Assembly: GCF_964204645.1 (NCBI RefSeq)
Contig: NC_134029.1
Coordinates: forward strand, 20,516,950-20,580,949
Length of the DNA stretch: 64,000 nucleotides
Source: Tubulanus polymorphus
Lineage: Eukaryota; Animalia; Nemertea
Direction of reading: 5' to 3'
Of this stretch, positions 26,724 through 39,300 are shown in pieces. The first letter of the stretch is position 1. Each line of letters starts with the position of its first letter. The notes beneath the pieces were generated by a model. The model was not told the origin of the DNA, ran no database searches, and worked only from the letters and a program-made list of their open reading frames with translations. The position numbers were made by a program, and so were the translations under genes.

Positions 26724-27304
26724 ATTGAACACAGATCTGTAGTTTCAGTTTTCACCCCTTTCACTCGTTTGAGATCGAGTTGTTTGAGAATAGTTTGAGA
26801 ATAGTTTGAGAGCAGTTTTAGAGTAGTTTGGTGAAAGAGCTGCCGTTTTAATCAAACGCATATCGTAGTTACGGGTTAGGATTATTTCTGTGTTTGAGAT
26901 TTTTGAGAATCCTCGTATCAAAAGAATCTTGACGATATTTACTTGTGGGAAACTCGTGAACTCCATTTCAAGGAAATAGAGTTTCTTTTTAGATATTTGT
27001 ACAAATTGTAGATTTATTTCTCTCAGTTACAGTTATTTTATTTTGCCATTTTTTCACGATCTTATCAGTTTATAAATGTTGCAGTTATCAGTGTTTCACA
27101 TAGACTTTGATCAATGTGTCTTTCGAGACTAATTATCAGTGATTAATTATTTCTGAATCTTACACAAATTTTGATGAACTCATTCACTGTATAATCATTG
27201 ACTTTATACACGTGATTAAAACATGCAACGCGCAATATCATGTTACGTGTGCTGTGCTGATATAATCTATTTGGTGCCGAATCAAAAACTTTGAAACAAA
27301 TTGT

Positions 27305-27908
27305 CCGAACCAGAGCCATGGACCAAACTCTGCCTCTAGGTCTTCAGCTCAGCCCTTGATTCCCTCGCTAAACTATGGACCAAATTTTGACTCTTTGGTC
27401 CCCAAACCAGGGCCATGGACCAAACTCTGCCTCTAGGTCTTCAGCTCAGCCCTTGATTCTCTCACTAAACTATGGACCAAATTTTGACTCTTTGGTCCCC
27501 AAACAAGGGCCATGGACCTAACTTTGACTCTAGGTCTTCAGCTCAGCCCTTGATTCCCTCACTAAACTATGGACCAAATTTTGACTCTTTGGTCCCCAAA
27601 CCAGGGCCATGGACCAAACTTTGACTCTTTGGTCCCCGAACCAGAGTCATGGACCAAACTCTGCCTCTAGGTCTTCAGCTCAGCCCTTGATTCCCTCACT
27701 AAACTTTGGACCAAACTTTGACTCTTTGGTCCTAGAACCAGAGCCATGGACCAAACTTTGACTCTTTGGTCCTCGAACCAGAGCCATGGACCAAATTTTG
27801 ACTCTTTGGTCCCCAAACCAGGGCTATGGACCAAACTTTGACTCGTTGGTCCCCGAACCAGAGCCATGGACCAACTTTTGACTTTTTGGTCCCCAAACCA
27901 GGGCCATG
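27305..27908. repeat. Stem-loop minisatellite (40-bp unit plus a longer variant unit); also at 34425-34969, 38885-39431, 45323-45515, 49446-49952
   Basis: The unit CCATGGACCAAACTTTGACTCTTTGGTCCCCGAACCAGAG contains the hairpin GGACCAAA-N9-TTTGGTCC. Confidence 0.9.
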
Positions 27909-28939
27909 AATGAAAAAATGTATTTATGTTGTCTTCACGAATCTATTTTGAGAATGAAATGATTTACGTGTCGGACTAATGAGAGTATAAGATGTAGACA
28001 ATGTTGTATATCAGTGCTGCTGCTGCTGCTACTGGTTTTATCAGCAACTCTGAGTTATTCTCTGAATCAACATATCTTACTGTCACTGACTGCTGTTACA
28101 CTTGATCCCAGTCGGAACTAACAAGTGTCGGTGAGAGGCCAATAAGAGGAAAATAAAAGCCATGCGAAAAGAAAAGTATGAAGCGAACGTGTGAGCTTTT
28201 ATAGCCACAAAATAAAACAGCATAAAATGCTGTTATAAAGAGTGGGGTCCGAGAGCAATTCGAAGGTTTAGTGTCCTGCACGCTTAGAGGGCGGGCAGGG
28301 GTCTATTCCTACCTCGACTCAAAAAAAATATTTAAAAAAAACGTTCGTAAAAGATAAGAATAGAAATTAAAAATGGAAAAATGGCAAATGACTGAATTAA
28401 TGGCCGGAGTTTTATATTGTTCCACTGGGTTTAAGTGTAACTTGAAAAGACAATCAAACAGATTGTTTTTGGTTATTGATAATTGATAAATCTGAATGAA
28501 TAGAATTATGTAAAACAACTCGTTGTATTATAAAACCTCTAGTAGACAGTATTGAAATGTCTATCAACTGTCATTAGTCCACAATAGTTTCATAATATGA
28601 GTGATTGGTTGAATTCGTGAAGCAGCATAAATAGCCTCTAGATGAATCAGTCATCAACGTCGTGCTTGATTTGTGTTCGGCACTCCTCACAACATTGTCA
28701 GTTTCGAGTTTGGTGAACCTTTAAACTTCCCTCCCTTGCAACATTGATGTTGAGTTCCTCACAGGTTTGGTTTGAGAATTTGCAGATGAAACCTCTACAA
28801 CTCGCTCCATTTGATAATCTGATTTCGATTTGTTTAGGAAATTGATGTGATCGTAAAAAATGGCAAATTGTTTTCGAGTTATTGTAGAGTTGAGCGGTGT
28901 CAGAGGAAGAGACAGAGTTGAGTAAGCTTTATGGGGCAT

Positions 28940-29139
28940 AAAGGGAGGAAGGGAGGTCCAGGTGGGAGGGCATCGAGGGAGGGAGGGGTGGGGTGCGGGC
29001 GGGGGGAGGGAAGGGGTCCGGGAGGGCGGGAGGGAATGGGTCCGGGAGGGCGGGAGGGAAGGGGTAGAGGGAGGGCGGGAGGGAAGGGGTAGAGGGAGGG
29101 CGGGCGGGAGGGAAGGGGTCTGGGAGGGTCGGGTCGGGA
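28940..29139 (+). repeat. G-rich ~24-bp repeat tract (G-quadruplex potential); also at ~33388-33592, 35985-36165, 37864-38043, 40452-40678, 44366-44511, 46543-46716, 48435-48613, 50961-51186
   Basis: GGGAGGGCGGGAGGGAAGGGGT(CC/GA) is repeated, giving many G3+ runs with 1-3-nt loops, always on the plus strand. Confidence 0.9.
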
Positions 29140-30649
29140 GGTTAGATGAGTTGAAATGTTCTGATGTTTTAATTAGACGGATGGGAATCTAATGAAGATG
29201 AGAGAACATTAAATCACTGTTCAATCTCAGGTGATCTGTACTCTGTATCTCTACACAATGTTACGTATCTGTAACTGAAATCAGTCTCTGTTTATGGTTT
29301 GAACAAAAACTAATGTTTTACACTCATTTCAGGATGAGATTCTAAGAATTCTGCGCATCTTGATGAAAAACGCTTTAAATTTGAGGAAAATGGTGAGTCT
29401 TTGATGAAACTGCTGTTATTCTATTACAACTTATGCATGTATGCTTCTATATACAAATTATGTATTTCAGGGGTCGAAATGAAGCTGAACCTGAACAAAT
29501 CTGCAATTTACAGTAAACATTGCGCTCTAAGAATGAAATAAGTCGGAAGTGGTGAGTTTTATATCGATTTATCGAACTATTTAACTGACAATTTGTAACA
29601 TTGGTACATTTGTTTTTAGGAGGCAAAATAAGCGGAACATTTGACAGAATCCGTGAACAGTAAACATCGCCAATTCACTGAACATTTGTAAATGATGGAC
29701 ATCGATTCAGATCCTCAAAACAAATAACGGTACATATCTCTACAGATTCCAGTCTTGCTACTGTTTGGTATTAAGTCATTTCCTAATAAAAGACAGTTTT
29801 TATTTTATGATCATCCAGTTCCACACAGAATGAACTACATCTGAGCTGAAACAGTGGTGAATTTGAAATCATTCCACCAGAATTAAACACCAAGGAATTA
29901 TAATTAAGGTGAATACTCAATCACTTCTATCCTGGTCACAGTTAAGATTATCAGGAGAAAATTATGCAGCATTTGTATTTCAGGGGTCGAAATAAAACTG
30001 AACCTGAACAAATCTGCAATTTACAGTAAACATTGTGCTCTAAGAATGAAATAAGTCAGAAGTGGTGAGTTTTATATCGATTTATTGCAGTAATTTGTGG
30101 TGATTTATCAGTTATAAACAATTTATTATTTTTGTCCGGTTTCTATAGATTTATCTCCAAATGAAGTCAGGAAAATGGTGGATTTTTGAAGGGTGAATAA
30201 GACGACAGTTTAAAGCTACTATCAGATACCTCAGAAATCTGCATCACTTAACACATAGTGATAAACTACTCAAAAACATGGTAGGTTTTCTGTCAATTGA
30301 ACACAAACAATCCGCAGTTTCTATTTATTTCACTAATGATTTTCTGACATAATTTTCTCATTTCAGAATACGATGCACCAAACACAAATTGCAGCAGGAG
30401 AAATTAGAATATTCACCTTCAAAGAGTGAAGAAACTCTCTATTTCAGGAAATCATCAGTGCTCTGAACTTTATGACATTATCTGAAATCCTGCTATAGAA
30501 ATTGTCTGCATCGTCAAAATAGCACTAAACTAATCTGATACATGGTTAGAAATGGTGAGTTTTGCTCTAATTTGATAATAACCTAAAAATGTATTATTCT
30601 ATGCGGTATTTTTATGTGTGATTCTCTAGAAAGTTCTGTAAGAAATGTG

Positions 30650-31035
<386 letters not shown>

Positions 31036-32339
31036 AATCAAATATACCGGAAAATACTGTCGACAATAAACTATTACAATAATCAAAACAAGTAAGAAAA
31101 ATAGTAATTTTCAGAATAACAGACACAAACACGTGACGTCTCTTTATTTCACTTATCACTTTTCTCTTTACAGAATGAAATCCACACAGCACCAGAATTT
31201 ACAGCTCAAAAAGACCTTATTCAAAGTTCACCTCAAACATATCGCTAGATCCTCCTCACGCGCAGCCTGACAATTTCGCAAACAAGTGAAACGAAAGCTG
31301 TGAGTTTTAATCTAAATTTGCTTTTCTTTCATAACTATTTAACTGACAATTTGTAACATTGATACATTTGTTTTTAGGAGGCAAAATAAACGGAACATTT
31401 GACAGAATCCGTGTACAATAAACATCGCCAATTCACTGAACATTTGTAAATGATGGACATCGATTCAGATCCTCAAAACAAATAACGGTACATATCTCTA
31501 CAGATTCCCGTCTTGCTACTGTTTTGGTATTAAGTCATTTCCTGATAAGACAGTTTTTATTTTATGATCATCCAGTTCCACACAGAATGAACTACATCTG
31601 AGCTGAAACAGTGGTGAATTTGAAATCATTCCACCAGAATTAAACACCATGGAATTATAATTAAGGTTAATATTCAATCACTTCTATCCTGGTCACAGTT
31701 AAGATTATCAGGCAAAAATTATGCAGCATTTGTATTTCAGGGGTCGAAATAAAACTGAACCTGAACAAATCTGCAATTTACAGTAAATATTGCGCTCTAC
31801 AGTAAGAATCAAACAAGTCAGAAGCGGTGAGTTTTATATCGATTTATTGCAGTAATTTGTGGTGATTTATCAGTTATAAACAATTTCTTATTTTTGTCCG
31901 GTTTCTATAGATTTATCTCCAAATCAAGTCAGGATGATGGTGGATTTTTGAAGGGTGAATAAGACGACAGTTTAAAGCTACTATCAGATACCTCAGAAAT
32001 CTGCATCACTTAACACATAGTGATAAACTACTCAAAAACCTGGTAGGTTTTCTGTCAATTGAACACAAACAATCCGCAGTTTCTATTTATTTCACTAATG
32101 ATTTTCTGACATAATTTTCTCATTTCAGAATACGATGCACCAAACACAAATTGCAGCAGGAGAAATTAGAATATTCACCTTCAAAGAGTGAAGAAACTCT
32201 TGTTGTTGCTGAAGCTGCTGTTATTTCTTCAGAACAAACTAAAGTAATTTTCTCAACATAATTCAACCTATAGTTTGATAATTCTGCAGTTATTTTTTAG
32301 GAAAGAAAACAATCCGGGATTTTTCTATTTACAGGTAAC

Positions 32340-32843
32340 ACAGGGCATCAGGAATCACTGTTTTGCAATCAGACTTTCTTGGATTCAGCACAGGACATCA
32401 GGAATCACTGTTTTACAATCAGAATTGCTTGGATTCAGCACAGGACATCAGGAATCACTGTTTTACAATCAGACTTGCTTGGATTCAGCACAGGACATCA
32501 GGAATCACTGTTTTACAATCAGACTTTCTTGGATTCAGCACAGGACATCAGGAATCACTGTTTTACAATCAGAATTGCTTGGATTCAGCACAGGACATCA
32601 GGAATCACTGTTTTACAATCAGACTTGCTTGGATTCAGCACAGGACATCAGGAATCACTGTTTTACAATCAGACTTTCTTGGATTCAGCACAGGACATCA
32701 GGAATCACTGTTTTACAATCAGACTTTCTTGGATTCAGCACAGGACATCAGGAATCACTGTTTTACAATCAGACTTTAATGGATTTAGCTCAGGACAACA
32801 AGAATCACTTGTTTACATTCTGCACAGGACATCAGGAATCACT
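32340..32843. repeat. 50-bp minisatellite (~10 copies); ~5 copies each at 37065-37317, 43606-43859, 47643-47896; ~2 at 25682-25779
   Basis: Unit GGATTCAGCACAGGACATCAGGAATCACTGTTTTACAATCAGACTTTCTT, with starts at 32381, 32431, 32481 and onward. Confidence 0.95.
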
Positions 32844-33222
32844 AAATGGAAATAAGATAAGTTACATTTATTATTTATTCATCAGTTGTTGATTTGATTC
32901 AAGGAACCAGTTTTATAGTTTTATAAATCATGTTTTGAAATGGAATCACTGAAACCTGTTGTATTTATATATTTGTTCAATCCATTCAAGTTTTCCCTAC
33001 TGATATTGGTGTATATTTGGTAAGGATTAGTTCATGTTGGGTTAGTTTTGTTAAACCGGGTTTCCTACTGGGATCAACTCAAATGTTATTTCTAATCAAT
33101 GTGAAACTGGTTCCTGATGTCAATAATACAACTGTGATCAAACATGTTCCTTCGTGACAATCAGATCATGTGTATGTTAAGAGTTAGAATTTCTGTAGAT
33201 TAAACTGCTGTACTTATTTCAT

Positions 33223-36200
33223 ACTGATTGAACAGTTACAAATACATGTAACATTGTGTACAGATACTGAGATACAGATCACTGCATTACTTCATCCTGT
33301 GATTGAACAGTGATTTAATGTTCTCTCATCTTCATTAGATTCCGATCCGTCTAATTAAAACATCAGAACATTTCAACTCATCTAACCGCGGGGTTCGGGT
33401 AGGGTGGGTAGGGTTGCGGTAGGGATGGGGGATGGGGGAGGGCGGGAGGGAAGGGGTGAGGGAGGGCGGGAGGGAAGGGGTGAGGGAGGGCGGGAGGGAA
33501 GGGGTGAGGGAGTGCGGGAGGGAAGGGGTCCGAGAGGGGGAGGGACAGTGTGAGGGAGGGTGGGGCTGTGGTAGGGCTGGGAGGGATGGGAGTCTCGGTA
33601 GTTATTTTTGGTGTTTAACCACAGAATATTTCATATGTCTTTATATTGTATTCTAATAGAAACAAATAGGATTAATCAGAATAAGACACCTTTATAGTCG
33701 ATTACCAGAACCGGACTTTCATAACTCTGCGATTTTTAGGGCCATTATTCAAGTTGGCCACGAATGAGTTATTTATTAATTGAGCAGAATCTTCATTCTT
33801 ATTCAAGTCGTACAGTGAAAAGTTAACACGCATAGAATAGATTTATTGAACACAGATCTGTAGTTTCAGTTTTCACCCCTTTCACTCGTTTGAGATCGAG
33901 TTGTTGAGAATAGTTTGAGAGTTGTTTGAGAGTAGTTTTAGAGTAGTTTGGTGAAAGAGCTGCCGTTTTAATCAAACGCATATCGTAGTTACGGGTTAGG
34001 ATTATTTCTGTGTTTGAGATTTTTGAGAATCCTCGTATCAAAAGAATCTTGACGATATCTACTTGTGGGAAACTCGTGAACTCCATTTCAAGGAAATAGA
34101 GTTTCTTTTTAGATATTTGTACAAATTGTAGATTTATTTCTCTTAGTTACAGTTATTTTATTTTGCCATTTTTTCACGATCTTATCAGTTTATAAATGTT
34201 GCAGTTATCAGTGTTTCACATAGACTTTGATCAATGTGTCTTTCGAGACTAATTATCAGTGATTAATTATTTCTGAATCTTACACAAATTTTGATGAACT
34301 CATTCACTGTATAATCATTGACTTTATACACGTGATTAAAACATGCAACGCGCAATATCATGTTACGTGTGCTGTGCTGATATAATCTATTTGGTGCCGA
34401 ATCAAAAACTTTGAAACAAATTGTCCGAACCAGAGCCATGGACCAAACTCTGCCTCTAGGTCTTCAGCTCAGCCCTTGATTCCCTCACTAAACTATGGAC
34501 CAAATTTTGACTCTTTGGTCCCCAAACCAGGGCCATGGACCAAACTTTGACTCTTTGGTCCCCGAACCAGAGCCATGGACCAAACTCTGCCTCTAGGTCT
34601 TCAGCTCAGCCCTTGATTCTCTCACTAAACTATGGACCAAATTTTGACTCTTTGGTCCCCAAACCAGGGCCATGGACCAAACTTTCTCTTTGGTCCCCGA
34701 ACCAGAGCCATGGACCAAACTCTGCCTCTAGGTCTTCAGCTCAGCCCTTGATTCCCTCACTAAACTTTGGACCAAACTTTGACTCTTTGGTCCTAGAACC
34801 AGAGCCATGGACCAAACTTTGACTCTTTGGTCCTCGAACCAGAGCCATGGACCAAATTTTGACTCTTTGGTCCCCAAACCAGGGCTATGGACCAAACTTT
34901 GACTCGTTGGTCCCCGAACCAGAGCCATGGACCAACTTTTGACTTTTTGGTCCCCAAACCAGGGCCATGAATGAAAAAATGTATTTATGTTGTCTTCACG
35001 AATCTATTTTGAGAATGAAATGATTTACGTGTAGGACTAATGAGAGTATAAAATGTAGACAATGTTGTATATCAGTGCTGCTGCTGCTACTGGTTTTATC
35101 AGCAACTCTGAGTTATTCTCTGAATCAACATATCTTACTGTCACTGACTGCTGTTACACTTGATCCCAGTCGGAACTAACAAGTGTCGGTGAGAGGCCAA
35201 TAAGAGGAAAATAAAAGCCATGCGAAAAGAAAAGTATGAAGCGAACGTGTGAGCTTTTATAGCCACAAAATAAAACAGCATAAAATGCTGTTATAAAGAG
35301 TGGGGTCCGAGAGCAATTCGAAGGTTTAGTGTCCTGCACGCTTAGAGGGCGGGCAGGGGTCTATTCCTACCTCGACTCAAAAAAAATTAAAAAAAAACGT
35401 TCGTAAAAGATAAGAATAGAAAGTAAAAATGGAAAAATGGCAAATGACTGAATAAATGGCCGGAGTTTTATATTGTTCCACTGGGTTTAAGTTTAACTTG
35501 AAAAGACAATCAAACAGATTGTTTTTGGTTATTGATAATTGATAAATCTGAATGATAGAATTATATAAAACAACTCGTTGTATTATAAAACCTCTAGTAG
35601 ACAGTATTGAAATGTCTATCAACTGTCATTAGTCCACAATAGTTTCATAATATGAGTGATTGGTTGAATTCGTGAAGCAGCATAAATAGCCTCTAGATGA
35701 ATCAGTCATCATCGTCGTGCTTGATTTGTGTTCGGCACTCTTCACAACATTGTCAGTTTCGAGTTTGGTGAACCTTTAAACTTCCCTCCCTTGCAACATT
35801 GATGTTGAGTTCCTCACAGGTTTGGTTTGAGAATTTGCAGATGAAACCGCTACAACTCGCTCCATTTGATAATCTGATTTCGATTTGTTTAGGCAATTGA
35901 TGTGATCGTAAAAAATGGCAAATTGTTTTCGAGTTATTGTAGAGTTAAGCGGTGTCAGAGGAAGAGACAGAGTTGAGTTAGCTTTATGGGGCATTGATGG
36001 AGGAAGGGAGGTCCAGGTGGGAGGGCATTGAGGGAGGGAGGGAAGGGGTGCGGGTGGGGGGAGGGAAGGGGTCCGGGAGGGCGGGAGGGAAGGGGTAGAG
36101 GGAGGGCGGGAGGGAAGGGGCGAGGGAGGGCGGGAGGGATGGGGTCTGGGAGGGTTGGGTCGGGAGGTTAGATGAGTTGAAATGTTCTGATGTTTTAATT

Positions 36201-36311
36201 AGACGGATGGGAATCTAATGAAGATGAGAGAACATTAAATCACTGTTCAATCACAGGTGATCTGTACTCTGTATCTCTACACAATGTTACGTATCTGTAA
36301 CTGAAATCAGT
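33223..36311. repeat. ~150-165-bp inverted-repeat arms (arm A 33223-33387; arm B 36166-36311), repeated in every unit
   Basis: Arm A ends ...CCGTCTAATTAAAACATCAGAACATTTCAACTCATCTAACC; arm B starts GGTTAGATGAGTTGAAATGTTCTGATGTTTTAATTAGACGG. Other A arms: 26159-26294 (truncated), 37697-37863, 44201-44365, 48270-48434. Other B arms: 29140-29285, 40679-40821, 46718-46863, 51187-51334. Confidence 0.92.
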
Positions 36312-39300
36312 TTCTGTTTAGGGTTTGAACAAAAACTAATGTTTTACACTCATTTCAGGATGAGATTCTAAGAATTCTGCGCATCTTGATCAAAAACGCT
36401 TTAAATTTGAGGAAAATGGTGAGTCTTTGATGAAACTGCTGTTATTCTATTACAACTTATGCATGTATGCTTCTATATACAAATTCTGTATTTCAGGGGT
36501 CGAAATGAAGCTGAACCTGAACAAATCTGCAATTTACAGTAAACATTGCGCTCTAAGAATGAAATAAGTCAGAAGTGGTGAGTTTTATATCGATTTATTG
36601 CAGTAATTTGTGGTGATTTATCAGTTATAAACAATTTATTATTTTTGTCCGGTTTCTATAGATTTATCTCCAAATGAAGTCAGGAAAATGGTGGATTTTT
36701 GAAGGGTGAATTAGATACCTCAGAAATTTGCATCACTTAACACATTGTGATAAACTACTCAAAAACCTGGTAGGTTTTCTGTCAATTGAACACAAACAAT
36801 CCGCAGTTTCTATTTATTTCACTAATGATTTTCTGACATAATTTTCTCATTTCACAATACGATGCACCAAACACAAATTGCAGCAGGAGAAATTAGAATA
36901 TTCACCTTCAAAGAGTGAAGAAACTCTTGTTGTTGCTGAAGCTGCTGTTATTTCTTCAGAACAAACTAAAGTATTCTCAACATAATTCAACCTATAGTTT
37001 GATAATTCTGCAGTTATTTTTTAGGAAAGAAAACAATCCTGGATTTTTCTATTTACAGGTAACACAGGGCATCAGGAATCACTGTTTTGCAATCAGACTT
37101 TCTTGGATTTCGCACAGGACAACAAGAATCACTGTTTTACAATCAGACTTTCTTGGATTCAGCACAGGACATCAGGAATCACTGTTTTACAATCAGACTT
37201 GCTTCGATTCAGCACAGGACATCAAGAATCACTGTTTTACAATCAGACTTTAATGGATTTAGCTCAGGACAACAAGAATCACTTGTTTACATTCTGCACA
37301 GGACATCAGGAATCACTAAATGGAAATAAGATAAGTTACATTTATTATTTATTCATCAGTTGTTGATTTGATTCAAGGAACCAGTTTTATAGTTTTATAA
37401 ATCATGTTTTGAAATGGAATCACTGAAACCTGTTGTATTTATATATTTGTTCAATCCATTCAAGTTTTCCCCACTGATATTGGTGTATATTTGGTAAGGA
37501 TTAGTTCATGTTGGGTTAGTTTTGTTAAACCGGGTTTCCTACTGGGATCAACTCAAATGTTATTTCTAATCAATGTGAAACTGGTTCCTGATGTCAATAA
37601 TACAACTGTGATCAATCATGTTCCTTCGTGACAATCAGATCATGTGTATGTTAAGAGTTAGAATTTCTGTAGATTAAACTGCTGTACTTATTTCATACTG
37701 ATTGAAAACAGTTACAAATACATGTAACATTGTGTACAGATACTGAGATACAGATCACTACATTACTTCATCCTGTGATTGAACAGTGATTTAATGTTCT
37801 CTCATCTTCACTAGATGTCCATCCGTCTAATTAAAACATCACAACATTTCAACTCATCTAACCGCGGGGTTCGGGGAGAGTGGGTAGGGTTGGGGGGAGG
37901 GATGGGGTGAGGGAGGGCGGGAGGGAAGGGGTGAGGGAGGGGGGAGGGAAGGGGTCCGGGAGGGGGAGGGAAGGTGTCCGGGAGGGCGGGAGGGGACAGT
38001 GTGAGGGAGGGTGGGGCTGTGGTAGGGCTGGGAGGGATGGGAGTCTCGGTAGTTATTTTTGGTGTTTAACCACAGAATATTTCATATGTCTTAATATTGT
38101 ATTCTAATAGAAACAAATAGGATTAATCAGAATAAGACACCTTTATAGTCGATTACCAGAACCGGACTTTCATAACTCTGCGATTTTTAGGGCCATTATT
38201 CAAGTTGGCCACGAATGAGTTATTTATTAATTGATCAGAATCTTCATTCCTATTCAAGTCGTACGGTGAAAAGTTAACACGCATAGAATAGATTTATTGA
38301 ACACAGATCTGTAGTTTCAGTTTTCACCCCTTTCACTCGTTTGAGATTGAGTTGTTTGAGAATAGTTTGAGAGTTGTTTGAGAGTAGTTTTAGAGTAGTT
38401 TGGTGAAAGAGCTGCCGTTTTAATCAAATGCATATCGTAGTTACGGGTTAGAATTATTTCTGTGTTTGAGATTTTTGAGAATCCTCGATTATCAAAAGAA
38501 TCTTGACGATATTTACTTGTGGGAAACTCGTGAACTCCATTTCAAGGAAATAGAGTTTCTTTTTAGATATTTGTTAACAGTACAAATTGTAGATTTATTT
38601 CGCTTAGTTACAGTTATTTTATTTTGCCATTTTTTACGATCTTATCAGTTTATAAATGTTGCAGTTATCAGTGTTTCACATAGACTTTGATCAATGTGTC
38701 TTTCGAGACTAATTATCAGTGATTGATTATTTCTGAATCTTACACAAATTTTGATGAACTCATTCACTGTATAATCATTGACTTTTTACACGTGATTAAA
38801 ACATGCAACGCGCAATATTATGTTACGTGTGCTGTGCTGATATAATCTATTTGGTGCCGAATCAAAAACTTTGAAACAAATTGTCCGAACCAGAGCCATG
38901 GACCAAACTCTGCCTCTAGGTCTTCAGCTCAGCCCTTGATTCCCTCACTAAACTATGGACCAAATTTTGACTCTTTGGTCCCCAAACCAGGGCCATGGAC
39001 CAAACTTTGACTCTTTGGTCCCCGAACCAGAGCCATGGACCAAACTCTGCCTCTAGGTCTTCAGCTCAGCCCTTGATTCTCTCACTAAACTATGGACCAA
39101 ATTTTGACTCTTTGGTCCCCAAACCAGGGCCATGGACCAAACTTTGACTCTTTGGTCCCCGAACCAGAGCCATGGACCAAACTCTGCCTCTAGGTCTTCA
39201 GCTCAGCCCTTGATTCCCTCACTAAACTTTGGACCAAACTTTGACTCTTTGGTCCTAGAACCAGAGCCATGGACCAAACTTTGACTCTTTGGTCCTCGAA

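Noticed and set aside
28090-28150. U2 snRNA-like word (minus-strand GATCAAGTGTA), suggesting a tandem snRNA array
   Set aside because: Only an ~11-nt match. The other U2-like word (TCTTATCAGTTTA, ~27060) is on the opposite strand 1 kb away. No U1, U2, 5S or tRNA gene was recognisable in the unit.
28962-29192. Gly/Arg/Glu-rich ORFs over the G tracts (also 33432, 37880, 40414, 48451, 50925)
   Set aside because: They are translations of G-rich repeats, with non-ATG starts and frames that vary between copies.
29393-29470. Box C/D snoRNA in array introns (TGATGA near the donor), i.e. a snoRNA host gene
   Set aside because: No properly placed box D (CTGA) or terminal stem, and the introns are too short. 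A snoscan or Infernal run would settle it.
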